Below, piece after piece: positions 35,229-47,225 of a stretch of DNA of 64,000 bases (position 1 is the stretch's first letter; the number at the start of each line of letters is the position of its first letter). Under the pieces are notes generated by a model, which had not been told where the DNA came from, did not search any database, and saw nothing but the letters and a program-made list of their open reading frames with translations. A program made the position numbers and the translations under genes. This DNA is from Selaginella moellendorffii (lineage: Eukaryota; Plantae; Lycopodiophyta), in the NCBI RefSeq assembly GCF_000143415.4, contig NW_003314337.1:850711-914710 (forward strand), in the 5' to 3' direction.

Positions 35229-36913
35229 TAAACATATATGTACATTACCCCAATCCCAAAGGGATCAAAACAACATTGAGAGCGCACTCTCGAAGAGACT
35301 AGTGAAACTATGAGCGCGAACGCCCGGCGCTGCTCTTGGGCCGTCCGCCTCCCAGGTGACTCCACCGCAGAGCTTGAAGCCACCTGCTTCGCCTTGCCAC
35401 TCCTCCACTCGGTCACAATGATGACAAGCCAGACGAACACCATGTCGATCTAGCTCGACGTCGTCGCAGCCAAAGCGGTCCAACTCGAGCACGATGACCC
35501 GGCGTTGCTCATGGGTCACTCGCCTCCAAGGTGACTCCACTGCACAAGCTGAAGCCACCTGTTACGCCCCAAGACGTGATGCTGTGTCTTGGAGCGCCTA
35601 CCTCCCCAGTGTACTTCCAGCACTAAGTCGGTGCCCATTACGAACAAACTCCAAGGCGTAGAACAAGCGAGGTGTGAGCCTCCTCCAGCTCTAGACTAGA
35701 GCGTGCTACCTTGCCTCCCACACTAGACAAGTGCGCTGGCCCCCTTCAATGATATACGAGCCCCCGTTGCCGGCATCGCGACAATCACAAGACTTGCAAG
35801 CCTCCACGAACCTCCTCAAAGGACTAGCCCTGAAGCAAGAACCATGTGGGATCCCCTCCGCGAGCAAACCAACTCGGCCATCCGCCACTGGCCCCCTTTG
35901 TGACAGCACTTCCCTGTCACTAGATCCAAAAATGCGCCCATAGTGTCTTCCACGTCCATCCACCGCAAACACTTCGCTATGTCGGGATGTCGTCCCGAAC
36001 TGTCCTCCACCAGTCAACAAAGTTCCCATGACTTGGTCGTGTTTCCACGACTCAAGTCGCCAAGAACCTCCGACACATGCAGCTTCACGCTCTCCGTACC
36101 TCAGTCGCCACCTTGCATGGCCCAACCTAAGGCGAGAAATCCCGCTCAAGCTGCGAGACCAGCAACCGTCGCGTTTCCACCATGTTGCTGCCGTGCCAAC
36201 CACATGCAACGAAGATCCCTGACACTTAGAGTGGCCGGATCGAAGATCCCGCCGCCACCCTAAGTCCTGCCCTAACCGCAGTTAGGGCAAAAGCCAGCAA
36301 GAACCCTAACCCTAGCCACGAGTTAGGGCAGGTGAGAACTCTACCGTGGAGAATTTTTGCCTGCGCTTCTGGGAGGGTGAGAGGCTCCCTCCCAGCTATC
36401 CCCCTGTGATTTTTTGTGGAAAAATTCCAAGCCGTTCAGGAGTTATGAGCTCCCAAAAAACTTGAAACCATGAGAAGCGAAAAAAGAAGAGGAGGAGAGG
36501 AGAGCGTCCAGCTGCTGCAGCCGTGGTGTTCCTAACTGCCCTCTCCACTCCTCCAAATCTCTAAGCCCCGAAAAACCCTAGCCGCCGCCGAAGAACCCTA
36601 AAAACAGCAGCGACCTAGGGCCAGCGAGATCTCCAGATCCGTGGCAGATCTCGCCGCGGCCTTCTAGGAGGATGGGAATCTACACTCCTAGAAGCCCCCC
36701 GTTGAAGAAATCGAGGTGTCTCCCAGCCGTTTGAGAGATATCGATAAAAACGACAGAGAGCGAGAGAAAAGAGGAGAAAGAGGAGGGAGACGAGCTCCGT
36801 GTGTTGCTGCCGCAGTCTGCGATGCTTGTGCCGCCCTGGACGCTCGCTCCCTCCCTCTTTCTCACACACTCTCTCTAGCGCCTTCGAGCTCTCTCCTCAA
36901 ACAACTTAGGGCA
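35229..36913 (-). mobile_element. Non-autonomous element NA7 (variant subfamily)
   Basis: Matches NA; flanked by the second TSD. Confidence 0.92.
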
Positions 36914-36932
36914 ATGGCTTTTGGCTGTTCGC

Positions 36933-38515
36933 TAAACATATATGTACATTAGCCTAATCCCAAAGGGATCAAAACTACATTGAGAGCGCACTCTCGAAGA
37001 AACTAGTGAAACTATGAGCGCGAACGCCCGGCGCTGCTCTTGGGCCGTCTGCCTCCCAGGTGACTCCACCGCGGAGCTTGAAGCCACCTGCTTCGCCTCG
37101 CCACTCCTCCACTCGATCACAATGATGCCAAGCCAGACGAACACCATGTCGATCTAGCTCGACGTCGTCGCAGCCAAGCGGTCCAACTCGAGCACGATGA
37201 CCCAGCGTCGCTCATGGGTCACTCGCCTCCAAGGTGACTCCACTGCACAAGCTGAAGCCACCTGTTACGCCCCAAGACGTGATGCTGTGTCTTGGAGCGC
37301 CTACCTCCCCAGTGTACTTCCAGCACTAAGTCGGTGCCCATTACGAACAAACTCCAAGGCGTAGAACAAGCGAGGTGTGAGCCTCCTCCAGCTCTAGACT
37401 AGAGCGTGCTACCTTGCCTCCCACACTAGACAAGTGCGCTGGCCCCCTTCAATGATATACGAGCCCCCGTTGCCGGCATCGCGACAATCACAAGACTTGC
37501 AAGCCTCTGCAAACCTCCTCAAAGGACTAGCCCTGAAGCAAGAACCATGTGGGATTCCCTCCGCGAGCAAACCAACTCGGCCATCCGCCACTGGCCCCCT
37601 TTGTGACAGCACTTCCCTGTCACTAGATCCAAAAATGCGCCCATAGTGTCTTCCACGTCCATCCACCACGGACACTTCGCTATGTCGAGATGTCGTCCCG
37701 AACTGTCCTCCACCAGTCAACAAAGATCCCATGACTTGGTCGTGTTTCCACGACTCAAGTCGCCAAGAACTTCCGACACATGCAGCTTCACGCTCTCCGT
37801 ACCTTAGTCGCCACCTTGCATGGCCCGACCTAAGGCGAGAAATCCCGCTCGAAGCTGCGAGACCAGCAACCGTCGCGTTTCCACCATGTTGCTGCCGTGC
37901 CAACCACATGCAACGAAGATCCCTGACACTTAGAGTGGCCGGATCGAAGATCCCGCCGCCACCCTAAGTCCTGCCCTAACCGCAGTTAGCCAAGAACCCT
38001 AACCCTAGCCACGAATTAGGACAGGTGAGAACTCTGAGACCGTGAAGAATTTTTGCCTGCGCTTCTGGGAGGGTGTGAGGCTCCCTCCCAGCTATCCCCC
38101 TGTGAATTTTTGTGGAAAAATTCCAAGCCGTTCAGGAGTTATGAGCTCCCAAAAAACTTGAAACCATGAGAAGCGAAAAAAGAAGAGGAGGAGAGGAGAG
38201 CGTCCAGCTGCTGCAGCCGTGGTGTTCCTGACTGCCCTCTCCACTCCTCCAAATCTCTAAGCCCCGAAAAACCCTAGCCGCCGCCGAAGAACCCTAAAAA
38301 CAGCAGCGACCTAGGGCCAGCGAGATCTCCAGATCCGTGGCAGATCTCGCCGCGGCCTTCTAGGAGGATGAGAATCTACACTCCTAGAAGCCCCCCGTCG
38401 AAGGAATCGAGGTTTCTCCCAGCCGTTTGGGAGATATCGATAAAAACGACAGAGAGCGAGAGAGAAGAGGAGAAAGAGGAGGGAGACGAGCTCCGTGTGT
38501 TGCTGCCGCGGTCTG
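36933..38515 (-). mobile_element. Non-autonomous element NA8 (runs into the gap)
   Basis: Matches NA2/NA4. Confidence 0.9.
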
Positions 38516-39141
38516 NNNNNNNNNNNNNNNNNNNNNNNNNNNNNNNNNNNNNNNNNNNNNNNNNNNNNNNNNNNNNNNNNNNNNNNNNNNNNNNNNNNNN
38601 NNNNNNNNNNNNNNNNNNNNNNNNNNNNNNNNNNNNNNNNNNNNNNNNNNNNNNNNNNNNNNNNNNNNNNNNNNNNNNNNNNNNNNNNNNNNNNNNNNNN
38701 NNNNNNNNNNNNNNNNNNNNNNNNNNNNNNNNNNNNNNNNNNNNNNNNNNNNNNNNNNNNNNNNNNNNNNNNNNNNNNNNNNNNNNNNNNNNNNNNNNNN
38801 NNNNNNNNNNNNNNNNNNNNNNNNNNNNNNNNNNNNNNNNNNNNNNNNNNNNNNNNNNNNNNNNNNNNNNNNNNNNNNNNNNNNNNNNNNNNNNNNNNNN
38901 NNNNNNNNNNNNNNNNNNNNNNNNNNNNNNNNNNNNNNNNNNNNNNNNNNNNNNNNNNNNNNNNNNNNNNNNNNNNNNNNNNNNNNNNNNNNNNNNNNNN
39001 NNNNNNNNNNNNNNNNNNNNNNNNNNNNNNNNNNNNNNNNNNNNNNNNNNNNNNNNNNNNNNNNNNNNNNNNNNNNNNNNNNNNNNNNNNNNNNNNNNNN
39101 NNNNNNNNNNNNNNNNNNNNNNNNNNNNNNNNNNNNNNNNN
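38516..39141. other. Assembly gap (626 N)
   Basis: The size fits the ~620 bp expected for one NA8/TSD/NA9 junction. Confidence 0.98.
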
Positions 39142-40320
39142 CGCTGGCCCCCTTCAATCAATATACGAGCCCCCGTTGCCGGCATCGCGACAATCACAAG
39201 ACTTGCAAGCCTCTGCAAACCTCCTCAAAGGACTAGCCCTGAAGCAAGAACCATGTGGGATTCCCTCCGCGAGCAAACCAACTCGGCCATCCGCCACTGG
39301 CCCCCTTTGTGACAGCACTTCCCTGTCACTAGATCCAAAAATGCGCCCATAGTGTCTTCCACGTCCATCCACCACGGACACTTCGCTATGTCGAGATGTC
39401 GTCCCGAACTGTCCTCCACCAGTCAACAAAGATCCCATGACTTGGTCGTGTTTCCACGACTCAAGTCGCCAAGAACTTCCGACACATGCAGCTTCACGCT
39501 CTCCGTACCTTAGTCGCCACCTTGCATGGCCCGACCTAAGGCGAGAAATCCCGCTCGAAGCTGCGAGACCAGCAACCGTCGCGTTTCCACCATGTTGCTG
39601 CCGTGCCAACCACATGCAACGAAGATCCCTGACACTTAGAGTGGCCGGATCGAAGATCCCGCCGCCACCCTAAGTCCTGCCCTAACCGCAGTTAGCCAAG
39701 AACCCTAACCCTAGCCACGAATTAGGACAGGTGAGAACTCTGAGACCGTGAAGAATTTTTGCCTGCGCTTCTGGGAGGGTGTGAGGCTCCCTCCCAGCTA
39801 TCCCCCTGTGAATTTTTGTGGAAAAATTCCAAGCCGTTCAGGAGTTATGAGCTCCCAAAAAACTTGAAACCATGAGAAGCGAAAAAAGAAGAGGAGGAGA
39901 GGAGAGCGTCCAGCTGCTGCAGCCGTGGTGTTCCTGACTGCCCTCTCCACTCCTCCAAATCTCTAAGCCCCGAAAAACCCTAGCCGCCGCCGAAGAACCC
40001 TAAAAACAGCAGCGACCTAGGGCCAGCGAGATCTCCAGATCCGTGGCAGATCTCGCCGCGGCCTTCTAGGAGGATGAGAATCTACACTCCTAGAAGCCCC
40101 CCGTCGAAGGAATCGAGGTTTCTCCCAGCCGTTTGGGAGATATCGATAAAAACGACAGAGAGCGAGAGAGAAGAGGAGAAAGAGGAGGGAGACGAGCTCC
40201 GTGTGTTGCTGCTGCGGTCTGCGATGCTTGTGCCGCCCTGGACGCTCGCTCCCTCCCTCTTTCTCACACTCTCTCTCTAGTGCCTTCGAGCTCTCTCCTC
40301 AAACAACTTAGGGCTTTTGC
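39142..40320 (-). mobile_element. Non-autonomous element NA9 (5' part visible)
   Basis: Matches NA; ends at the TSD at 40323-40339. Confidence 0.88.
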
Positions 40321-41149
40321 ACGGCTTTTGGCTGTTCGCAATATCACATGTTCTTTGTGGTTTGCTCTTGATTGATCTCTTGGGTTTGAGATATCAGTAG
40401 GATGTTGCTAATGCTTGCTTGAGCAACTCTGGTTCCTTGGTATTGTTGACCGAAATCTATTTAGATTAGCTGGTGTGATAGTTGGCATGAAAACTATGTT
40501 TGTTGGTCTTACCACATTCATTCTATTCTGTTGATTATTGCTCGAGTTAGTTCTGATAGATTTGGATGTTATTTCCTATGGGTGATACATTCGCGAGCAT
40601 TGTGCTTGTCAGTCAATGATACTTTGTGTTCTTTGAGTTATCTTTGGTAAGTTGTTTGGCATACTATCTACCATCTTCAGTAGTTAAGATTTATCATTGA
40701 GTTTTCTTGATGATATGCTAGCTATTGATTTTTGTTGGATGGTGAATCCTATGTTTTCCAATTATGATGATCTTGGTGGTTCTTGTACTATACTACTAGT
40801 TTATTGGATGATAACTTACTTGGAATACTTTTGTGTTCTCATCTAAGATATATTCACTGATAATTAAGTCTCTAAGATATCATTGTGTATGACTTTGATA
40901 TTGTCCATCTATTGATCTTTGAATTTGGGCCAGTATAGGCAGACTGGCTTCGGCACTTCGTGTGCATGTTGAAATCTTTAGTCATGGGGTAGCTACTGTC
41001 GACTGGTCACATCACCCACCTCTTTGTCAATGTTCCTTATTCCGTTGAAAGGGCGTGACCGTGTAAACAACTCTAACTGCCTGTTTACAGTAGTCTATCT
41101 AAACCTTACCAACGGGTTTGGTTTATTTGCTTATGAGGGTATGAGCCAT

Positions 41150-41556
41150 TCCATGCTAGCTGGTGGAGTACCCATGTCCTCGCGTTAGGCCACCGGTATG
41201 CCGAAATAACGCCAGACTCCGTTTGGCTCTGTTTTGCATGCTGGTCCTGGCATTGGGATGCTGGTTACTCTAGGACTGTTCCAAGTCGCTCCGGGCTCCT
41301 GTTCCTTCGCTCCTTGGGCTGTATGCTTGGGAGTTGCTCCGTGAACGGGTTCCATCACTCCTTGGCTCCACACTTGGGAGTTTGGCACCATTCCTTCGTT
41401 CAGTGGCCCAAGGCCTTGAACATCTGGTTCTTATGGACACGTGGCATGGACACGTGGCATCTATCATGTGGCACAAAGAGGGTTTAGGTTCCGCTTCGTA
41501 GTGTTATCCTATGGTAAATCACCATAGGATAAAGGGTAAAAACCACGTGCGCTACA
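41150..41556 (+). mobile_element. LTR family A, 3' fragment
   Basis: Homologous to 45410-45816 and 55070-55424; ends ...CACGTGCGCTACA. Confidence 0.65.
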
Positions 41557-42039
41557 TAAGGAGTGGATCTGGGATGACCACTTATGGACGAATGGCCCAG
41601 TCTTGGAGAGATAGGACTGTGATCCAGGTGGGATTAGACCACTAGTGCAGCAAAGGTGATGGGGCATGGCCTTAACGTAACGGGCTGATATGTTGGTGGC
41701 ACCTTTGAATGTCAATCATGGGATCGGACACGTGAAGCACTTGGACCAAATGCAAAGGTTGAGTGGCAAAGATGCCATTCTCGGGGCTAGCAAGCCCCAA
41801 GTCCAGAATAGGACTTATGGAGGTTGTGAATGAGACTCCTCCAAGTAGTTAGAGGTGTGGTTAAGTGACTAGAGTGGAATGGAAAATTTAATCGTTTACA
41901 CCAACATTGTGCCAAGAGATATGCCAAAATGTTCTCTACTATTTAACTTCCAAGAAAAAAACTAGTTTCCTGCACTTGAATTATTAGGGGCATTATAGGC
42001 TAAAGCTTGAGTGCCAAAGCTTTTGCATAGATCTTGTAC

Positions 42040-43295
42040 AAGGTATTAAGTATGGTGATCAGCCTCCAGTTTAGAAATTTTTATAGGTTGCCATACTTAA
42101 GAATAAGTCTCTCCAGGATCTCCTCCAACATCTTCTCCTCCCATTGTGCTGTCTACCACATCTCCAGTAGTAGTGGGCCTAACTTGTCCCAGTTCACCGC
42201 ATAGAATTCTAGTAGGATCTTGGCATCTTTTCATCACTTAGTTTGTCCAGCATTCGGCGCAGGTCATCCATGGTTGGGCTGTATACAGAGTTTGGTAAAA
42301 CCCTTATGCAATATGGTGCATTCCCTGCTGGTCTTCCACCACTAGACCATCCGTGTCCTTGAGCCCAAGAATGGGGGGTGTATCTGTCACTGGATGGATC
42401 CCAACCTTTCATTCCTGACCCACCTATCCTCCATACTCCACACCATGTATTCCTTATTCTGGAGTTCAGCTTCCTGTTCATCTGGTGTTGCCTACCATCT
42501 GTTGGTGTCACAAGAGCTCACAAGCACCCTCTAGGCTGCTGGTACATTGTCATGGGCATGTCCACCATCTTAGCCCAGTGCTGCTTCTCTTGCCCAAGGA
42601 TGGTCTCTTGCATGCCTCTGCAATTGGCTCCATCCTCCACCATGTTGAAGTCACCTACCACCAGCCACTTGTCCACCTCTTGAGTAGTTCGCTGGATGTG
42701 CTCCCATAACTCATCCCCTCTCTCCTTGTGGGTCACAGATATTGGTGATCCCTAGTCTACCAAAATGAAGGTGGAGGACCAGGAGCTAAGCCTTGCCTAG
42801 AACTAACCCCATGTGTTCTCTTTCTTGGGCTAACCAATTCATGGAGATGATAATTGCTATTCCTTCTTCGAACCTCATTTTGGCTTGGGTTTCTTCCTCC
42901 CCCACATCCCAAGGTTGAAATTTGGTGCCGTACTCATCTTGTGCTCTTGGATGCACTAAATGTCAATCCCTCCTTCTAGGCTAAGTTCCCAGATATGCAA
43001 TTTGAGTTGCACGTGTATGTTCAAGCAACTATTGACACTGTTGAGGCCACAACAGTTCTATGTAACTATTGAGATCATCATCATGGGGCAATATACTTCC
43101 AATAGAAAGCTGCACTGCCAGGTTATGCCCTCCAGTTTGTGGAGATGGTCCAAATTCCCATTAACTTACCCTTGTATTTGGTCCAAGAGAAGCCCTGAAT
43201 TGTGTATGCTGGGAACCTTGTCCACTCCATGATAGCCTGTTCCATACACATTTGATAGTCACCAAGGGTGGTAACCTCTTGAAAAGCCATGAAGA
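42040..43295 (-). pseudogene. Decayed older relative of the LINE (ORF1 end, endonuclease, part of RT)
   Basis: WLVVGDFNMVED...RGMQETI matches LINE-A WLVLGDFNMVED...RGMQETI; there are many stops and frameshifts. Confidence 0.85.
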
Positions 43296-43340
43296 GCATA
43301 ATAATAGAGTCAATGACAAGGCTTTAGAGTCTGTTTTGGT

Positions 43341-43750
43341 GAAACATATATGTACATTCCCGAATGTCCCATAGGGACAAAAACAACATCAAGAGTGCAC
43401 TCTCACAAAGAGAAACTAGCAAAACTACGACCACAAATGGCCTCTTAGCTTGTTCACCTCCCAAGTGACACACTGCAAGATTTAAAGGTAGCTGCTATGC
43501 TCTAAGACACGCAATGCCACATAGCACTCCCACCAATGTGCTTCCAGTGCAAAAATAGTGTCCAAATGTTGCTAAACTCCAACTCATAGCTCTCCATGAT
43601 ATATTAACATCTTCCAACTCAAGGTTGAAGTGTGTTATTTTACCTTTCACACAAAACAAGTGCACTAGCTCATGTTTGAGAGTCCTAACCATGCCATAAG
43701 GATTAGAGAACCATGAACCTCCTCTAGGGCAAACACTCCTCCGAGCAAGC
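43341..43750 (-). mobile_element. Decayed older relative of the non-autonomous element (3' end)
   Basis: AAACATATATGTACATTCCCGAATGTCCCATAGGGACAAAAACAACATCAAGAGTGCACTCTC aligns to the NA 3' tail. Confidence 0.75.
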
Positions 43751-45280
43751 ATTGGAGAAGAACTGTTTGGATCTCTTAAATATGCAACACCAAATCAATT
43801 ATATCTTCCACTAGCCCCAATCATGATATGAAGTGTTAGATCCTTTTGTTACATTTAGGTGTTGCTCCCTTCAAGTGATGCATCCTAGGGTCTATATCAG
43901 TGCCAAAAGGGCATTGTGTGTTTGGGCCTCTTGGACAACATAAGTTATGATTTGCTATGTAGACAAAATGGCACAAGCTCATATATAAATAATTAGAGAG
44001 CATTATGATATCCAAACTGCTCCTTTTGTTGATGTGGATGCTAAAGAAGATTACATTTAGTTATTTTTCTACTAGAATTTTATAGCGGTATTATATAGTT
44101 TCTTCTTTGACTCATGATGTTGTAATTTTTGAAAATTTTTGAAGATTGTTTCGTTCCCAAGGAACTCCCAACAAATTTTAGCCCAAAAGAGAAAAATGAG
44201 TCCTGTAGTCTCGATCCTTCCCCATTTTGACTGTAAGTGTGGAAAAACATGTGCATGTCACTAATGTAGATCGATACTAAGGCGCTGTTGGTAGTTTTGG
44301 AAAGCCTAGGACCAGGAGCACCTCTAGAAATAAACGGCATCCAAAACAAAGCCCGGAGAAGCATGAATTCCTGCTACAAAGATGATCCAATCTAGCCGGA
44401 GAAGAAAATCCTTTTGCATGCCGTCAACTTACGCCAAGAATCTAGCACCAAGAATCACCACTACTCATAAATCTAGGCCAGATCTACAAGCCCAAATGCA
44501 TTACCTTGAGGAATTGGGCTAAGGATCCAGGCGAGAAAGTGAAAACCCCAAAATGTTCATCCGACCGAGCTAAAAAACATTGTATCTCTTCAAATACTGC
44601 ATGGCTTGATGAGCGCCATACCTTGCTGGAAAGAAGGGATCCAGACCTATCCAACAAGTCTAACATCCAACAAAACCACTGCAAGACAAATGAGAAATTG
44701 GTTCCCAAAGTCTGTGGTCAAAAGAAAAAAAGAGAAATGATGCCTCAAAAAGTGCTGCATGTCACGCCGGGTTCACCATTTGTTGGGGGAAGGAGGGGCA
44801 CCTCCCCCAACGCTCGCTCAAATATGAGAAATGTTTTAATGCTCTTCGCAAATGCCCCCCCCCCCCCCCCCCCCCCTTGCCCTTGTGGGGCAAGGGTTTT
44901 ATACAAGGGAGATGGGGAATATTTTGAGGACCAAAATATTCCCTCTCTCTCTCTCTCTCACTCTCTCGGTGGCCACACCCTAATAGGGACTAATTTGAAA
45001 GGGGCATGGAGACCAATCCGTGAAATTGCTTTGTGGAATCAACACAAGAGTGTCTACCAAACACCCTCACTATTATGCCCTTTGTATTAGTCTCATTTTG
45101 GTCCCAAATGCTATTTATAGAAAGTGTCTAGATTTGCTCATTTGGCATATTTATAGAATGTAAAGATTGTTCTGAACACAATGGTGTTCATCCCGTGTCC
45201 AAATTCGTAATCTAGAAACATTCGATATTTAGTAAATTTTAAATTTGTCCTAAAGACTAACTCTTAGTACTAAGGGTGGC

Positions 45281-45816
45281 TTGGGGTGAAAGCCCAAAGC
45301 ATGTGTTCCTCAAGGGGGGGGGGTTGGGCATGGCTAACTAACCTAAGGCATAGTTTAGCTTCAGCTTGCATGCTATGTCTGGCTTAAGTCTAAGCCCAAG
45401 CCCAAGTTCTATACCATGCTAATTGGTGGAGTACCCATATCCTCATGTTAGGCCACTAGTATGTTTAAATAGCGCTAAACTCTGTTTGGCTCCATTTTGC
45501 GTGCTGGTTCTAGCATTGGGATGCTGAATGCTCTAAGACTATTCCAAGTCGCTCCACACTCCTGTCCCTTCACTCCTTGAGCTATATGCTTGGGAGTCAT
45601 TCCATGCTATAGTGCTGTCACTCCCTGGCGTCATGCTTAGAAGTTTAGCACCATTCCTTCATTAAGTGGCTCAAGACCCTGAAACTTGGGTTCCACACCA
45701 CTGTCCTTTGGACACATGGCATGTGACATGTTGCACATGGAGGGTTTAGGTTCCGCTTCGTGGTTATCCTATGGTAAATCACCATAAGATAAAGCGTAAA
45801 AACTACGTGTGCTACA
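45281..45816 (+). mobile_element. LTR family A copy
   Basis: It starts TGGGGTGAAAGCCCAAAGC and ends CTACA; the upstream ~170 bp is shared with the copy at 54893. Confidence 0.7.
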
Positions 45817-46791
45817 AATATGTCCCAAGCTGTTGAAATAAACAAGAGTTATTCACCAGGAAAACTTCTCCACACTCTTGAAATAAACAAAAGCAAGTGA
45901 AAAGCTCCAAAGTCCACACATATAGTGCAAGAAGAGACATTAGATCTTTTGATACATAGCACTAAAATTCCTAAGATAAGATTCAAAAGAAAGATCTCAT
46001 AAAGTTCCTTTTAGGAATAAGGAAAAAGATCCAAGAACATTCTCCTAGAAACCATGAGACAAAGAAAAAGAAATGTTCAAACCCTTAACAGTTGAAAAAC
46101 AATAAAAACTTGCAAGAGAAAGAACAAAATTGACCAAGAAAAAGCTCACTGAAAACCATAGGAGTAGAGTTACTAGGCTCCAAAAAGATCTATGGAAATG
46201 GTGGCTTCTAAAGAATATAGAACACCGTTAAACATAGTACCATTGGCACCCATCTCAATCTCCTTATATATCGTGATTCCTATGCCACAAATTTGTGATG
46301 TCAAAAGATAGAAAAGGATGAGGTCAACAAGCCTATCTACTCAATTTTCTGAAAAATAGTGCAAGAACAAGATTTTTCAATTGTGAGTCCTAAAACATAA
46401 AGAAAGCTAAGAAAAATGAAGGAATCTGTGTCTAGGGGTGCCTAGAGAGTCAGATGGGTTCTCCTAAGCATGGAATTCACTACCATTCTCATAAATTCTA
46501 CTTTTGAAATCAAGAATCATGCTCAAATTCCTCACAACTCTCAAGAACATGAAAGAAAATGTATGGAAATGGGATGGGCTGACTAAGAATCAACCCATCC
46601 TACCGTGGTCGCCATTTTGGTGTGTGTTCTACACACCATGTCACTCTCAAACACACTCAAAACATAGCAAGAAGCTCTTCCATAGCCAAGAAACTCAATA
46701 CATCCTTGCTTGTGCCTTGCCCTAAACTCGAAGGGAGAAAGGTATATACCCCTCCCATGGAATATCCTCTCTCACACGACTGGATGATTCA

Positions 46792-46819
46792 CCCTAAACC
46801 CTAAACCCTAAACCCTAAA
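46792..46819 (-). repeat. Interstitial telomeric repeat (CCCTAAA)4
   Basis: Directly visible. Confidence 0.9.
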
Positions 46820-46825
46820 GGGTTC

Positions 46826-47225
46826 CTCCTCATTTGCTCACTCCAGATTCCCACACTTCCCACACATGTTGATCAAGCATCCGGTCACCACCACATCGCT
46901 GCTGCTCCTGGATTGCCTGGCCTTGCTCCTCGTCGCCAACATCTGCGCAAGCATAGTCGCCACTCACGAAAGTCACGCTGCTCGTGTTCACTCCCTCCAA
47001 GCTCGTTCAGGTGGAATTGTTTTGGCCGCGCTGGGACAATGCAGCAACCAGCAGATTCATGCGGTCTAAGATCCATGGCCTCCTCAAAGCTGAGAGATGG
47101 ACCAGCCGATTGACGAGCGCCAAGTTTGAGCCGAGGCCAGAAGCAAACACCATCTCGGCATAGCCACACTTTCCACACATGTTGATGAGTGCCGCGCTCA
47201 AGAACACGTCACTGCCGAGAAGACT
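46826..47225 (-). pseudogene. Pentatricopeptide-repeat (PLS-type) gene fragment
   Basis: It has two degenerate motifs, DVFLSAALINMCGKCG and DVVVTGCLINMCGKCGNLE, and is frameshifted. Confidence 0.7.

Larger units (their letters stand above)
33701..40920. other. Unidentified AT-rich, G/T-skewed sequence (33701-35211 and 40340-~40920) split by array 2
   Basis: Same composition on both sides of the TSD-flanked array; no intact ORF; probably a decayed mobile element. Confidence 0.45.

Noticed and set aside
38368-39352. ORFs spanning poly-X
   Set aside because: They are caused by the N gap.
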